Below, piece by piece: positions 47,620 to 57,500 of a stretch of DNA of 64,000 nt (positions are counted from its first letter, which is position 1; each line of letters starts with the position of its first letter). A model generated the notes under the pieces. It was not told the origin of the DNA and did no database searches. It saw only the letters and a list, made by a program, of their open reading frames with translations. This DNA comes from Bacteroidales bacterium (lineage in GTDB: Bacteria; Bacteroidota; Bacteroidia; Bacteroidales; GCA-2748055), in NCBI GenBank assembly GCA_030589895.1, contig JAUUZQ010000002.1, forward strand, positions 8,850 to 72,849. The letters are read 5' to 3'. Position numbers and translations under genes: made by a program.

Positions 47620-47699
47620 AATGAATTAATGTGTTAATGCGACAATGCGACAATGCAACAATGCAACAATGCGATAATGCAATAATGCGACAATGCAGC
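47620..47699. repeat. 8-nt tandem repeat AATGCRAY, 8 good and 2 degenerate copies, filling the whole gcvP-creatininase spacer
   Basis: The units are aatgaatt aatgtgtt aatgcgac aatgcgac aatgcaac aatgcaac aatgcgat aatgcaat aatgcgac aatgcagc. The last unit overlaps the gcvP stop complement. Confidence 0.9.
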
Positions 47700-50584
47700 T
47701 ATTTATATTCTTCCACAGGTACACAGGCGCAGACAAGGTTTCGGTCTCCAAAGCCGTCATTGATACGACCTACCGATGGCCAGAATTTATTGTCTCTTAC
47801 CCAGACAAGAGGGAAGGCTGCTCTTTGTCTGTCGTAGGGACGGTTCCATTCGCTTGTTGTAACTACTTCTTGCGTATGAGGGGCGTGTTTCAGAACATTA
47901 TCCACCTTGTCCATTTTCCCCTCTTTAATAGCGGAAATATCTTTGGCAATGTCAATGAGTGCATCGGCAAACCTATCCAGTTCATCTTTCGATTCACTTT
48001 CGGTTGGTTCGACCATGAGTGTACCGTGAACAGGGAAGGAGAGGGTAGGAGCATGGAAACCATAATCCATTAGTCTCTTGGCTATATCCGATTCAGTAAT
48101 GTCAGTATCTGCCTTGAATCCACGGCAATCGAGGATCATTTCATGGGCCACATAACCGTTTTTCCCTGTGTAGAGCACATCATAGTGATCTCTTAGTCTT
48201 GCTGCCAGGTAATTAGCGCTTAGAATAGCAATTTTAGTGGAGAGTGTCAAACCTTCCTTTCCCAGCATCTGAATATAAGAATGAGATATCGGTAGAATAC
48301 CTGCACTTCCATAAGGTGAAGCGGCTATTGCTTTGATACCATTTACACCACCTGTTTCAATGATAGGATGTGTTGGTAAAAATTCCACCAGGTGTTTGGC
48401 TACACCGATTGGCCCAACTCCGGGTCCGCCACCACCATGTGGAATGGCAAATGTTTTATGAAGGTTGAGGTGACAAACATCGGCTCCAATAATGGCAGGA
48501 CTGGTAAGACCAACCTGGGCATTCATATTTGCTCCATCCATATATACTTGTCCGCCTTTTTTATGAACTATGTCAATTATTTCACGGATATTTTCTTCAA
48601 ATACACCATGTGTAGAGGGATAGGTGATCATGATAGCAGAGATCTTGTTGCTGTGTTCTTCTGCCACGCTTCTTAATGAGTCTGTATCGATATTTCCATT
48701 TTCATCACAAGGAATCACTTTAACTTCCATGCCTGCCATTACACCGCTGGCCGGATTTGTTCCATGCGCAGAGGCAGGTATCAATACAACATTTCGATGA
48801 CCTTCACCCCGGCTAAGGTGATAGGCCCGTATCACCATCATTCCTGCATATTCACCTGAGGCTCCCGAATTTGGCTGAAGGGAGATTGCATCAAATCCGG
48901 TAATTCTTTCCAGGGCATGGTTCAATTCATTTATGAGCTGATAATATCCTTCCGACTGATTCATGGGAACGAAAGGATGAATGTTGGCAAACTCAGGAAA
49001 ACTAACCGGGAATAGCTGTGTGGCAGCATTCAATTTCATAGTACATGAACCCAGTGATATCATTGAATGGGTAAGTGAAAAATCCTTTCTTTCCAGCTTA
49101 CGGATGTAGCGCATCAATTCTGTTTCAGTTTGATACTTGTGAAAGATATCATGCTGCAGATACTTGTCATTTCTGAGCATTTCATCAGGAATTGCATTCA
49201 GCTTCTTAAGGTCGACACTTCTTTGAAAGGATTTCTTTGCGGCAACACCAAAGACATTTAATATTTCATTTAATTCTTCTTCCCTGCTTGATTCATCAGT
49301 TGACAAAATGACGATTGAATCGGAAGGGTAGTAGAAATTTATATTTGACTCTTCAGCAATCTTCTTTATCTCATTTGCTTTGATTGACTCGGGAAGCTTT
49401 ATTTTCAGTGTGTCGAAAAAGATCTCATTTTCCTGTTCAAAGCCAATCTCTTTTAATTTGGTATTCAGATAGACTGCTCCGGTGTGTATATCTTCAGCTA
49501 TCTCTCTTATACCCTCAGGACCATGGTATACTACATACATTCCAGCCATATTTGCCAGGAGTGCCTGGGCGGTACAAATATTCGAAGTGGCTCTTTCGCG
49601 TTTGATATGTTGCTCACGGGTTTGCAATGCCATCCTCAGGGCCGGTTTCTCTTGTGCATCAATGGAAATTCCAATTATTCTTCCCGGTAGCAGTCTTTTA
49701 AATGACTCTTTTGTTGCAAAAAATGCTGCATGCGGACCACCATAAAAAAGCGGTATTCCAAATCGTTGGGTTGATCCAAATACCACATCAGCATCCCATT
49801 CTCCGGGAGGGGTGAGGATTGCAAGACTCATAATATCTGCAGCGACACTTATCAGGATTCCTTTTTCATGTGCATCAGCAGTAAATTTTTTATAATCCAG
49901 AATTTTACCATCGGCAGCAGGATATTGCACCAAACATCCGAATGTATTATCTGAGAATTTATGTTTTTTGAAATCTCCTGTAATCACTTCAATGCCAAGA
50001 GGTTCGGATTTAACCTTCAGTAAGTCAAGTGATTGAAGAAATATATTATTGTCTGCAAAGAAGACGTTTTTCCCTGCTTTGGTATCTGCTCTCGATCTGG
50101 CATTGAACATCATGATCATTGCTTCAGAGGCAGCTGAGGCTTCATCCAGAAGAGACGCATTTGCCAGATCCATTCCTGTTAGTTCTGAAATAACTGTTTG
50201 AAAATTTAGTAGTGCTTCAAGTCTGCCCTGGGAAATTTCAGCCTGATATGGTGTATATGAAGTATACCAGTTTGGATTTTCGAGGATGTTTCTTTTTATA
50301 ACGGAGGGCAGTATTGTATTGTAGTAACCCTGTCCAATATATGATTTGAAAATTTTATTCTTCTTACTTATTTCTGTGATCCTTTCCAGGTATGCAGTCT
50401 CAGTTATACCCTCTGCGAGTTCAATTTTTTCAGGAGCAAGTATGGAGGTGGGAATTGTCTTTTCTATTAATTCATCAAGTGATTCAGCACCTACTGTTTT
50501 CAACATTTCAATGATTTCTTCATCACGTGGTCCGATATGACGATGACTAAACTTATCTGCTCTCATTAGATTTATTTTTAGCAT
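47699..50584 (-). CDS. gcvP: glycine dehydrogenase (aminomethyl-transferring), single-chain P-protein
   Basis: The 961-aa product has the N-terminus FSHRHIGP and a PLP-lysine region (HLNLHKTFAIPHGGGGPGVGPI). Confidence 0.95.
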   Translation of the reverse strand: MLKINLMRADKFSHRHIGPRDEEIIEMLKTVGAESLDELIEKTIPTSILAPEKIELAEGITETAYLERITEISKKNKIFKSYIGQGYYNTILPSVIKRNILENPNWYTSYTPYQAEISQGRLEALLNFQTVISELTGMDLANASLLDEASAASEAMIMMFNARSRADTKAGKNVFFADNNIFLQSLDLLKVKSEPLGIEVITGDFKKHKFSDNTFGCLVQYPAADGKILDYKKFTADAHEKGILISVAADIMSLAILTPPGEWDADVVFGSTQRFGIPLFYGGPHAAFFATKESFKRLLPGRIIGISIDAQEKPALRMALQTREQHIKRERATSNICTAQALLANMAGMYVVYHGPEGIREIAEDIHTGAVYLNTKLKEIGFEQENEIFFDTLKIKLPESIKANEIKKIAEESNINFYYPSDSIVILSTDESSREEELNEILNVFGVAAKKSFQRSVDLKKLNAIPDEMLRNDKYLQHDIFHKYQTETELMRYIRKLERKDFSLTHSMISLGSCTMKLNAATQLFPVSFPEFANIHPFVPMNQSEGYYQLINELNHALERITGFDAISLQPNSGASGEYAGMMVIRAYHLSRGEGHRNVVLIPASAHGTNPASGVMAGMEVKVIPCDENGNIDTDSLRSVAEEHSNKISAIMITYPSTHGVFEENIREIIDIVHKKGGQVYMDGANMNAQVGLTSPAIIGADVCHLNLHKTFAIPHGGGGPGVGPIGVAKHLVEFLPTHPIIETGGVNGIKAIAASPYGSAGILPISHSYIQMLGKEGLTLSTKIAILSANYLAARLRDHYDVLYTGKNGYVAHEMILDCRGFKADTDITESDIAKRLMDYGFHAPTLSFPVHGTLMVEPTESESKDELDRFADALIDIAKDISAIKEGKMDKVDNVLKHAPHTQEVVTTSEWNRPYDRQRAAFPLVWVRDNKFWPSVGRINDGFGDRNLVCACVPVEEYK

Positions 50585-50681
50585 TACCCAAATATTATTC
50601 AGGTAAAAAAGTATAGAAAAAGAAAATCAAAGATAAATAATCACTTATTCAAATAGCATGAAAAAAATTATGTTTTATAAA

Positions 50682-51323
50682 TTAGTTATCAAAGAAAGGA
50701 TTCGTTTCGATTTCATTCTGAATGCTTGATGATTCGCCGTGTCCCGGCCAAACTACTGTTAAGCCGGGAAGTGAAAAAAGATTATTTTTGATACTATCGA
50801 TAAGTTGATCGTAGTTTCCTCCCGGCAGATCTGTTCTTCCAATGCTTCCTGCAAACAGGGCATCTCCTGTAATCACAAATCCTTCTGCTTCAGCATAAAA
50901 TGCAAGACTCCCCTCTGAATGTCCGGGAACATGAAGTGCAAGAATCTCAGAATTACCAAAATTTATCTTCTCGGAGTGGGCGATATGCTTATCAAGTGCA
51001 GGGAATGGTTCGGTGTGAAAACCAAAAACATCTCCCATGATATGTCCTTTATTTAGCAATTTCTGCTCAAGCTTATGGGCATATGAGGGAATTTTATATT
51101 TTTCGCGGACGAATGGCATGCCAAGTATATGGTCAATATGACAATGTGTATTTATATGAAGAACCGGCTTCAGACCCAGGTCTGTGATATATGATTCAAG
51201 TGCTTTTTCTTCCTCTTTTTCATAGCAGGCCGGATCAATAATAACACACTCTTTACTTTCGTCGTAAAGTAAAAATGTATTGACTTGAAAAGAGTTAAAT
51301 ACTAGTTTTTCGAGTATAATCAT
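50682..51323 (-). CDS. MBL-fold metallo-hydrolase (glyoxalase II-like)
   Basis: It has the THCHIDH motif, downstream His/Asp ligands, and a length of 213 aa. Confidence 0.8.
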   Translation of the reverse strand: MIILEKLVFNSFQVNTFLLYDESKECVIIDPACYEKEEEKALESYITDLGLKPVLHINTHCHIDHILGMPFVREKYKIPSYAHKLEQKLLNKGHIMGDVFGFHTEPFPALDKHIAHSEKINFGNSEILALHVPGHSEGSLAFYAEAEGFVITGDALFAGSIGRTDLPGGNYDQLIDSIKNNLFSLPGLTVVWPGHGESSSIQNEIETNPFFDN

Positions 51324-51325
51324 AG

Positions 51326-51970
51326 TTAATTTGATTTACCTGGTAAAAGGGGAACGAATGCAAAATTGCCGTGAATAGATTCCTTGTAATCATCTTTACT
51401 TTCTCTGATGATCAGAATCATTTTTTGTCCGAATCTGTCTCCAACCGGAATTACCATTCTGCCTCCGATTGCAAGCTGATCCAACAGTTTTTTCGGTATT
51501 TCAGTCGCACCAGCAGTTACCAGAATTCTGTCAAAAGGACTAAAAGTGGGAAGCCCCTCATATCCATCTCCATAGTGAAATGATGCCTTATAGCCCAAGG
51601 GACGAAGGTTTTCCATTGCTATATTGTAAAGGTCTTTTTGGCGCTCAATAGTGTAAACCCTTGTTCCTAACTCCAGCAGTACAGCAGTCTGGTATCCAGA
51701 TCCGGTTCCTATTTCCAGGATTTTTTGATGCCTTTGAATTTCCAGGAGTTCGGTTTGAAATGCGACAGTATATGGTTGTGAAATTGTTTGTCCTGCAGCA
51801 ATTGGAAAAGCTTTATCAGAATATGAGAAATTAACGAAACTGCTATCCATAAAGAGGTGACGCGGCACTCGGTTCATGGCTTCAAGGAGTTCGGTGTTTT
51901 TTATTCCTTTCTCACTAAGGGAATCGATCAGTTTTTGACGCAATCCTTTGTGACGATAAGAGTCATTCAT
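51326..51970 (-). CDS. pcm: protein-L-isoaspartate O-methyltransferase
   Basis: It has TISQPY and the SAM-binding LEIGTGSGYQTAVL. The start is moved to the Met at 51970. Confidence 0.85.
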   Translation of the reverse strand: MNDSYRHKGLRQKLIDSLSEKGIKNTELLEAMNRVPRHLFMDSSFVNFSYSDKAFPIAAGQTISQPYTVAFQTELLEIQRHQKILEIGTGSGYQTAVLLELGTRVYTIERQKDLYNIAMENLRPLGYKASFHYGDGYEGLPTFSPFDRILVTAGATEIPKKLLDQLAIGGRMVIPVGDRFGQKMILIIRESKDDYKESIHGNFAFVPLLPGKSN

Positions 51971-52102
51971 GCATGGAAAAGTTTTCCAAAGATAGTTATT
52001 TCGAGTGGATTGTACAGAGTACAACATGCAACTCTTTTCACTGTTTTTTCGTATAAATATTAAGTAAGGGGTTTAGTATAGCATTACATTTAAACTTTTT
52101 TT

Positions 52103-52110
52103 TACTTTTG
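52103..52110 (+). promoter_or_regulatory. -7 box upstream of the sugar transferase gene
   Basis: tacttttg lies 50 nt upstream of the ATG at 52161. Confidence 0.35.
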
Positions 52111-52160
52111 TACAATTTTTTAACAAAATATTAGTTTACACGATAGAGTCACCTCTTTGC

Positions 52161-53579
52161 ATGAAAAATTATACCTCGCAGCGACTTAAGTATTTAATCA
52201 GTGATTATCTGGCAGCATCTGTTGCATGGATACTGTTTTATCTTCACCGTAAACTAAATATTGAGCCTCAGATTTTTGGTTATGAAATCCCCGTAAATCT
52301 TGATCTTAGATTTTGGTTGGGAGTATTTGGTATTCCAGTTGCATGGTTGGTCCTCTACTATTTCACCGGGTTTTACAAGAATATTTTCCGCAGATCCAGA
52401 CTGGATGATTTTTTAAAGACATTTTTAAGTATCCTGCTGGGTGTTGTGGTCATCTTTTTCCTTCTGATTCTGGATGATGTTATTCTGGATTACACTCACT
52501 ACTATAATCTCTTTTTCACACTTTTTGTTTTACAATTTGTTCTAACATTAATTCCGCGATTGATAATTACAAATAACACAGTAAGTAGAATTCATCGCAG
52601 ATTAATAGGGTTCAAGACTATTTTCATCGGGAGTAATGAAAATGCTCGTGAAGTATACAAAGATTTACAGCAGGAGAGACGTGCCAGTGGACATACTATT
52701 ATGGGATTTGTGAATGTTCATCAAAAGGTGCATTATCAGCTACAGGATCATATTGAACATCTTGGTGGATTAAAGGATTTAGAAAGTATTATTCATACTA
52801 ACAGGGTAGAGGAAGTAATCATAGCACTCGAGCCTTCTGAGCATCAGGAAATTGGAAATATCATTAATAAGCTGAGTTTAATGGATGTCAGGATAAGTGC
52901 GATTCCGAGTATGACAGATATACTTTCGGGTCGTGTGAAATCTACTACAATATTTGACACTCCATTGCTCGAAGTGTCTCATGAGTTGATGCCAATCTGG
53001 CAAGTAAATGTAAAACAGATTTCCGATTTACTTCTTTCTTTAATGGCCATGATATTATTACTTCCATTGGAAATAATTCTGATGCTTGGTGTGAAATTGT
53101 CATCACCAGGACCATTATTTTACACACAGGAGCGGATTGGGAAATATGGCAAACCTTTTATGATCTATAAGTTCCGATCCATGTATAAAGATGCTGAGAC
53201 AAATGGGCCTGAATTATCCTCCAAAAATGACGGACGGATTACTCGTTTTGGTGTTTTCATGCGTAAGCACAGATTAGATGAGATCCCTAATTTTATTAAT
53301 GTTCTTAAAGGAGATATGTCACTCGTTGGGCCACGTCCGGAGCGAAGATATTTCATTGAGAAAATAACCGCAGAGGCACCACACTATGTTCACCTTCACA
53401 AGGTGAGGCCAGGGATTACTTCATGGGGGCAGGTAAAATACGGTTATGCTAAAAATGTAGAGGAGATGATCAAGAGGCTGCGTTACGATATTCTCTATAT
53501 TGAAAATATGTCGCTCTTTGTAGATCTGAAAATCATGTTCTATACTGCTGTCACTATACTGCGTGGCTCAGGTGTATAA
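52161..53579 (+). CDS. polyprenyl glycosylphosphotransferase (WbaP/WcaJ-like initiating sugar transferase)
   Basis: It has N-terminal transmembrane helices and the C-terminal Bac_transf core (KFRSM...DEIPNFINVLKGDMSLVGPRPE). Confidence 0.85.
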   Translation: MKNYTSQRLKYLISDYLAASVAWILFYLHRKLNIEPQIFGYEIPVNLDLRFWLGVFGIPVAWLVLYYFTGFYKNIFRRSRLDDFLKTFLSILLGVVVIFFLLILDDVILDYTHYYNLFFTLFVLQFVLTLIPRLIITNNTVSRIHRRLIGFKTIFIGSNENAREVYKDLQQERRASGHTIMGFVNVHQKVHYQLQDHIEHLGGLKDLESIIHTNRVEEVIIALEPSEHQEIGNIINKLSLMDVRISAIPSMTDILSGRVKSTTIFDTPLLEVSHELMPIWQVNVKQISDLLLSLMAMILLLPLEIILMLGVKLSSPGPLFYTQERIGKYGKPFMIYKFRSMYKDAETNGPELSSKNDGRITRFGVFMRKHRLDEIPNFINVLKGDMSLVGPRPERRYFIEKITAEAPHYVHLHKVRPGITSWGQVKYGYAKNVEEMIKRLRYDILYIENMSLFVDLKIMFYTAVTILRGSGV

Positions 53580-53707
53580 AAATATCATAAGAAATTTTAT
53601 TTTTACCGCAGAGTATAGCTTGGGATAGCGATGGAGTCGCTTACGCTAATTCGCAGAGTTTCAGAGAGTTTATAAACTGTATAGGGTGCATTATGGAGAA
53701 GAGAGAT

Positions 53708-53850
53708 AAAACTCTTGAGTATAGCATTCTCCACCCAAACTTATTAAGTCAGCAAATAAGCGAAGCAAGTTCCAAAACTCTTGAGTATAGCATTCTCCAT
53801 CTAAATTGAATAACTCAGCGATCAAGCGAAGCAAGTTCCAAAACTCTGCT
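53708..53850. repeat. 66-nt tandem repeat, about 2.1 copies (42-nt invariant core and 24-nt variable segment)
   Basis: Unit 1 (53708-53773) and unit 2 (53774-53839) differ at 10 positions, all inside a 24-nt window. The junction-spanning core aagcgaagcaagttccaaaactcttgagtatagcattctcca is identical. A third copy begins at 53840. Confidence 0.85.
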
Positions 53851-53859
53851 GTTAAAATA

Positions 53860-55968
53860 CTATAAGTTTAAGCCTCTGCCTTCAAGCAATGCATTCACAT
53901 CAGGTTTTTGTCCCCTGAAATTAAGATACATTTCCATTGGATCTATGGTACCCCCTTTTGAGAGGATATTCTCGCGGAATGATGAAGCCAGCTCCTGATT
54001 AAACAGCTCGGTCTCCTTGAATGCTTCAAATGCATCCTTGTCCAGCACCTCTGCCCAGATATAGCTATAATATCCTGCAGAGTAACCGCTTGCAAAGATG
54101 TGATTGAAATAAGTTGGACGGTAGCGTGGAATAATTTCTTCAATCAGCCCAATCTTTTTCATTGCTGTTTTTTCAAATGCATCAACATCTATATTTTTAA
54201 CTTCTGTTGTTACATGAAAATCCATATCCAGAAATGAAGCTGCGAGATATTCGGTGCTTATGAATCCCATATTAAATTTACTGCTTGCTGATAGTTTTTC
54301 AATGAGTTCATCGGGTATTGCTTCACCGGTCTCGTAGTGCTTAGCATAGGTTTTTAAGACATCAGGATGGGCACCCCAGTTTTCCATTATTTGCGAAGGA
54401 AGTTCAACAAAATCTCTGGGTACACTGGTTCCGGAGATTCCGGGATAGTTACATTCTGAAAACAGGCCATGGATGGCGTGTCCCATTTCATGAAATAAAG
54501 TCAAAGCCTCATCGAATGACAATAGTGCAGGTTTGTCCCCTGTAGGTTTGGAGAAATTACAAACTATTGAACCAATTGTATGAACTTTTTCTCCATCAAT
54601 ATAGCACTGCTTTCTATAGCTGGTGCTCCAGGCGCCGGCGCGTTTACTTGCACGTGGATGGTAATCAAGGTAAAGTACTCCAAGATGTGTTCCATCACTT
54701 TCAAGTACTTCATATGCTGTCGCATCTTCATGGTATGCAGGAATATCTTCTCTTTTGTCGAATGTAACGCCATAAAGATTTTCCACAACGCTGAATACTC
54801 CGTTTGTAACAGCTTCCAGGTTAAAATATGGACGAATTTCCTCTTCATCCAGGTCATATTTCTCTTTTCTGATTTTCTCGGTGTAGTACCACCAATCCCA
54901 TGAGGCCAGTTTGAAATTACCTCCTTCTTTATCAATCATCTCCTGCATCATCTCAGCCTCTTTAGTTGCAATAGTGAGTGCAGGTTCCCAAAGTTGCATC
55001 AACAAATTATATACATTCTCAGGTTTTTTAGCCATTCTGTCCTCAAGCATATAAGCGGCATGACTCTCATAGCCCATTAAATGAGAACGTTCTGTTCTGA
55101 GTTTAATCATGTTGCTAATGATTTCTTTGTTATCGAATTCATTGCCATTATTAGCCCTGTTGTACATGGCTTTGTAGAGTTCCTCTCTTAAATGCCTTTT
55201 TTCAGAATACTGGAGGAAAGGGATCCAGCTTGGCTTGTGAAGGGTAAACAACCAAAGGCCACCTAATTCTGCTTCTTCAGCAGCTTCAGCAGCTCCTGAA
55301 ATAACAGCTTCCGGCAATCCTCCGAGATCAGCTTCATCTTCTATAATGAGTTGAAAACTATTTGTCTCTGTCAACAGGTTCTCCCCATATTGAAGTGACA
55401 ACATCGAAAGTTTTTCATCAATCTCTCTGAGCTTATTCTTCTCCTCTTCATTGAGGTTGGCTCCGCCTTTTATGAAATTCTTATAGGTTTTTTCAAGTAG
55501 TTTTGATTGTTCAGCTGTCAGGTTCAATGATTCCTCTTGTTCATAAACGCTTTTAATTCTGCCAAATAATTCAGGATTCATACTGATATTACTGCGATGG
55601 GCAGATGTCAGAGGCACTAAGTCCTTGGCAATTACCTGTAATTCATCATTTGTATTTGCAGAGCGAATATTTGAAAAGATACTGGATACTTGCTTTAGCA
55701 GATTGCCACTATAGTCGAGTGCTGCAATTGTATTGTCAAAATCGGGTGCATCACTATTCTGAACAATAGCATCAATTTCTTCATTTTGCAGGGCCATTGC
55801 CTCAAGGTAGGCAGGCATAAAATGTTCTGCTTTTATGAGCTTGAAAGGAGGAACTCCAAAGGGAGTGTCAAATTTATTTAAGAGAGGATTCATTTCAGTT
55901 TTTTTTGGATTATTACAGGAGGAGAGTAGGATCATCACTCCAATAGTCAGGATAAGAATTCTTTTCAC
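53860..55968 (-). CDS. dcp: M3-family peptidyl-dipeptidase (Dcp-like), lipoprotein
   Basis: The 702-aa product has a HEMGH zinc motif and a lipobox (LLSSCNN). Confidence 0.85.
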   Translation of the reverse strand: MKRILILTIGVMILLSSCNNPKKTEMNPLLNKFDTPFGVPPFKLIKAEHFMPAYLEAMALQNEEIDAIVQNSDAPDFDNTIAALDYSGNLLKQVSSIFSNIRSANTNDELQVIAKDLVPLTSAHRSNISMNPELFGRIKSVYEQEESLNLTAEQSKLLEKTYKNFIKGGANLNEEEKNKLREIDEKLSMLSLQYGENLLTETNSFQLIIEDEADLGGLPEAVISGAAEAAEEAELGGLWLFTLHKPSWIPFLQYSEKRHLREELYKAMYNRANNGNEFDNKEIISNMIKLRTERSHLMGYESHAAYMLEDRMAKKPENVYNLLMQLWEPALTIATKEAEMMQEMIDKEGGNFKLASWDWWYYTEKIRKEKYDLDEEEIRPYFNLEAVTNGVFSVVENLYGVTFDKREDIPAYHEDATAYEVLESDGTHLGVLYLDYHPRASKRAGAWSTSYRKQCYIDGEKVHTIGSIVCNFSKPTGDKPALLSFDEALTLFHEMGHAIHGLFSECNYPGISGTSVPRDFVELPSQIMENWGAHPDVLKTYAKHYETGEAIPDELIEKLSASSKFNMGFISTEYLAASFLDMDFHVTTEVKNIDVDAFEKTAMKKIGLIEEIIPRYRPTYFNHIFASGYSAGYYSYIWAEVLDKDAFEAFKETELFNQELASSFRENILSKGGTIDPMEMYLNFRGQKPDVNALLEGRGLNL

Positions 55969-56065
55969 AATTATTAATTTTTATTCATTTTTTCAGGGAG
56001 CGAATGTAGTGTTATTGTTTTGATTTTTCAATGCTTATAGATAGTCTGTACAGCAGGTTGGAAAC

Positions 56066-56096
56066 AAAAAAAGCTGCCCTTGCGAGCAGCTTTAAA
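56066..56096 (-). terminator. terminator after the GroES-like gene
   Basis: The stem aaagctgc / gcagcttt is followed by T7 on the minus strand. Confidence 0.6.
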
Positions 56097-56156
56097 ATTA
56101 GCAGAAACCTAAAAAGATTTTGATTTTGATTGAAGGACCTACAGCAGTTCAGTTAA

Positions 56157-56441
56157 TTAAATTTTATCCGTCTCCACAACTTTTCCGAGGATATCGACAT
56201 ACGGTATCATCAGATAAGTTTTTCCATCATAATCCAGTTCAGTACCAGAGAAATTTTTATAAAAAACCACATCTCCAATAGAGATTTCGGGTTTCTCAAT
56301 ACCACTCAGTGCAACAACGCTTGCAAATTGGGGTTTCTCTACTGCTGTTTCAGGAATAATAATTCCGGAAGCTGTTTTCTCTTCCTTCTGATTCTCCATT
56401 TCCAGCAATACATGCTGGTTTATTGGCTGTAACTCTCTCAT
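56157..56441 (-). CDS. divergent GroES/Cpn10-like protein (no groEL adjacent)
   Basis: EEKTASGIIIPETAVEKPQ...IGDVVFYKNFSGTELDYDGKTYLMI...DILGKV follows the Cpn10 pattern. Confidence 0.6.
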   Translation of the reverse strand: MRELQPINQHVLLEMENQKEEKTASGIIIPETAVEKPQFASVVALSGIEKPEISIGDVVFYKNFSGTELDYDGKTYLMIPYVDILGKVVETDKI

Positions 56442-56481
56442 TTTTGTTGAATTTTAGGTTAATACTTGTTGAACTACTAAT

Positions 56482-57063
56482 TTATCTTAATTCCAATAAT
56501 TCGTTGATTCTGTTTTTATCAAATCCGACGATCATGTTTCCTTCAATATCAGTTTGCGGTACGCCTTGTTGTCCACTTCTTCTTACCATTTCTTCGGCCT
56601 TAGCAGAATCGGCGGCAATATTTACTTCAGTATATCTGATATTATTTTCGTTTAAATATGTTTTCAGTGTGGTGCACCAGGAACACGTTGGTGTTGTATA
56701 GACAATCACTCGTTTTGCTTTTTTCCCTTCAATTTCGCCAAAGGTAGCAAATCCATTGCCTGTAATTGCCGATGTATAAAATGCTTCTGTCTGGCATCCC
56801 TTATATACATTTTTCAATTCGCCATCTATGAATTCCAGCAGACTCGGGGCTGAAGTGATTCCAAATTTTGAATGGATGTCTGGTACACTTGTTACGTCCA
56901 CAGTTAAAATCTCTTTCTCCTGGTCATTATTTACAGATTCGAGTCTTTGCAGTGCACAGATACTCTGCTCAGCGTCTTTTTTATAAATGAGAAGGAAAAT
57001 ATTTTCTATACTTCTCAGAGACTGTTCCAATTCAGAGTATGAGTAAATACTACGTGTTTTCAT
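56482..57063 (-). CDS. thioredoxin-like domain (no CXXC) fused to a glutaredoxin-like domain (CSWC)
   Basis: The C-terminus (RVIVYTTPTCSWCTTLKTYLNENNIRYTEVNI...GVPQTDIEGNMIVGFD) is YruB/NrdH-like. The N-terminal half has a thioredoxin-fold pattern without redox cysteines. Confidence 0.6.
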   Translation of the reverse strand: MKTRSIYSYSELEQSLRSIENIFLLIYKKDAEQSICALQRLESVNNDQEKEILTVDVTSVPDIHSKFGITSAPSLLEFIDGELKNVYKGCQTEAFYTSAITGNGFATFGEIEGKKAKRVIVYTTPTCSWCTTLKTYLNENNIRYTEVNIAADSAKAEEMVRRSGQQGVPQTDIEGNMIVGFDKNRINELLELR

Positions 57064-57112
57064 ATGTCAATAATCGTTATTCAACGAATGGCAAAAAGAA
57101 TAGAATGTCTTT

Positions 57113-57448
57113 TTATGATGCCTGAATTGTTTTTTTATTACTTCTGATAATTCTCTTCAGTTCTTCTTTTGGTCTTGCTCCTGATCCTTTCCAGATCACC
57201 TCACCATTTTGGAAGAGAAATATTGTTGGAACGCTAAAAATTCCATATTTCTTTGCCACCTTTTGGTTTGTATCAATATCTATTTTCAGTATTCTTACTT
57301 CATCTCCCATATCTTCAGCCAAATCTTTCAAAATAGGAGTCAGTATTCTGCATGGCATGCACCAATCGGCATAGAAGTCAACCAAAACCGGTGTACTCCC
57401 ATGTATTATCCTGTCAAATGAATTGTTTGCTGATTCCATTCGTATCAA
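57113..57448 (-). CDS. trxA: thioredoxin with a non-canonical WCMPC active site
   Basis: It reads VLVDFYADWCMPCRILTPIL...FSVPTIFLFQNGE. Confidence 0.8.
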   Translation of the reverse strand: MIRMESANNSFDRIIHGSTPVLVDFYADWCMPCRILTPILKDLAEDMGDEVRILKIDIDTNQKVAKKYGIFSVPTIFLFQNGEVIWKGSGARPKEELKRIIRSNKKTIQAS

Positions 57449-57500
57449 AACTTGAACTTTGATACAAAAAAACGAAGCTTAATGAAATCTTACAGTAACT

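Noticed and set aside
47631-48073. Plus-strand ORFs beginning MLMRQCDNATMQQCDNAIMRQC
   Set aside because: They are generated by reading through the 8-nt tandem repeat and then the antisense strand of gcvP, so they are not credible genes.
50585-50681. Glycine riboswitch upstream of gcvP
   Set aside because: The leader is only ~97 nt, very AT-rich, and lacks the conserved GGAGAG...CACCG-type cores.
53581-53859. Possible CRISPR array (conserved blocks alternating with variable blocks)
   Set aside because: There are only about 2 units, the variable segments are clearly homologous to each other, the 66-nt period has no unique spacers, and no cas genes are in the window.
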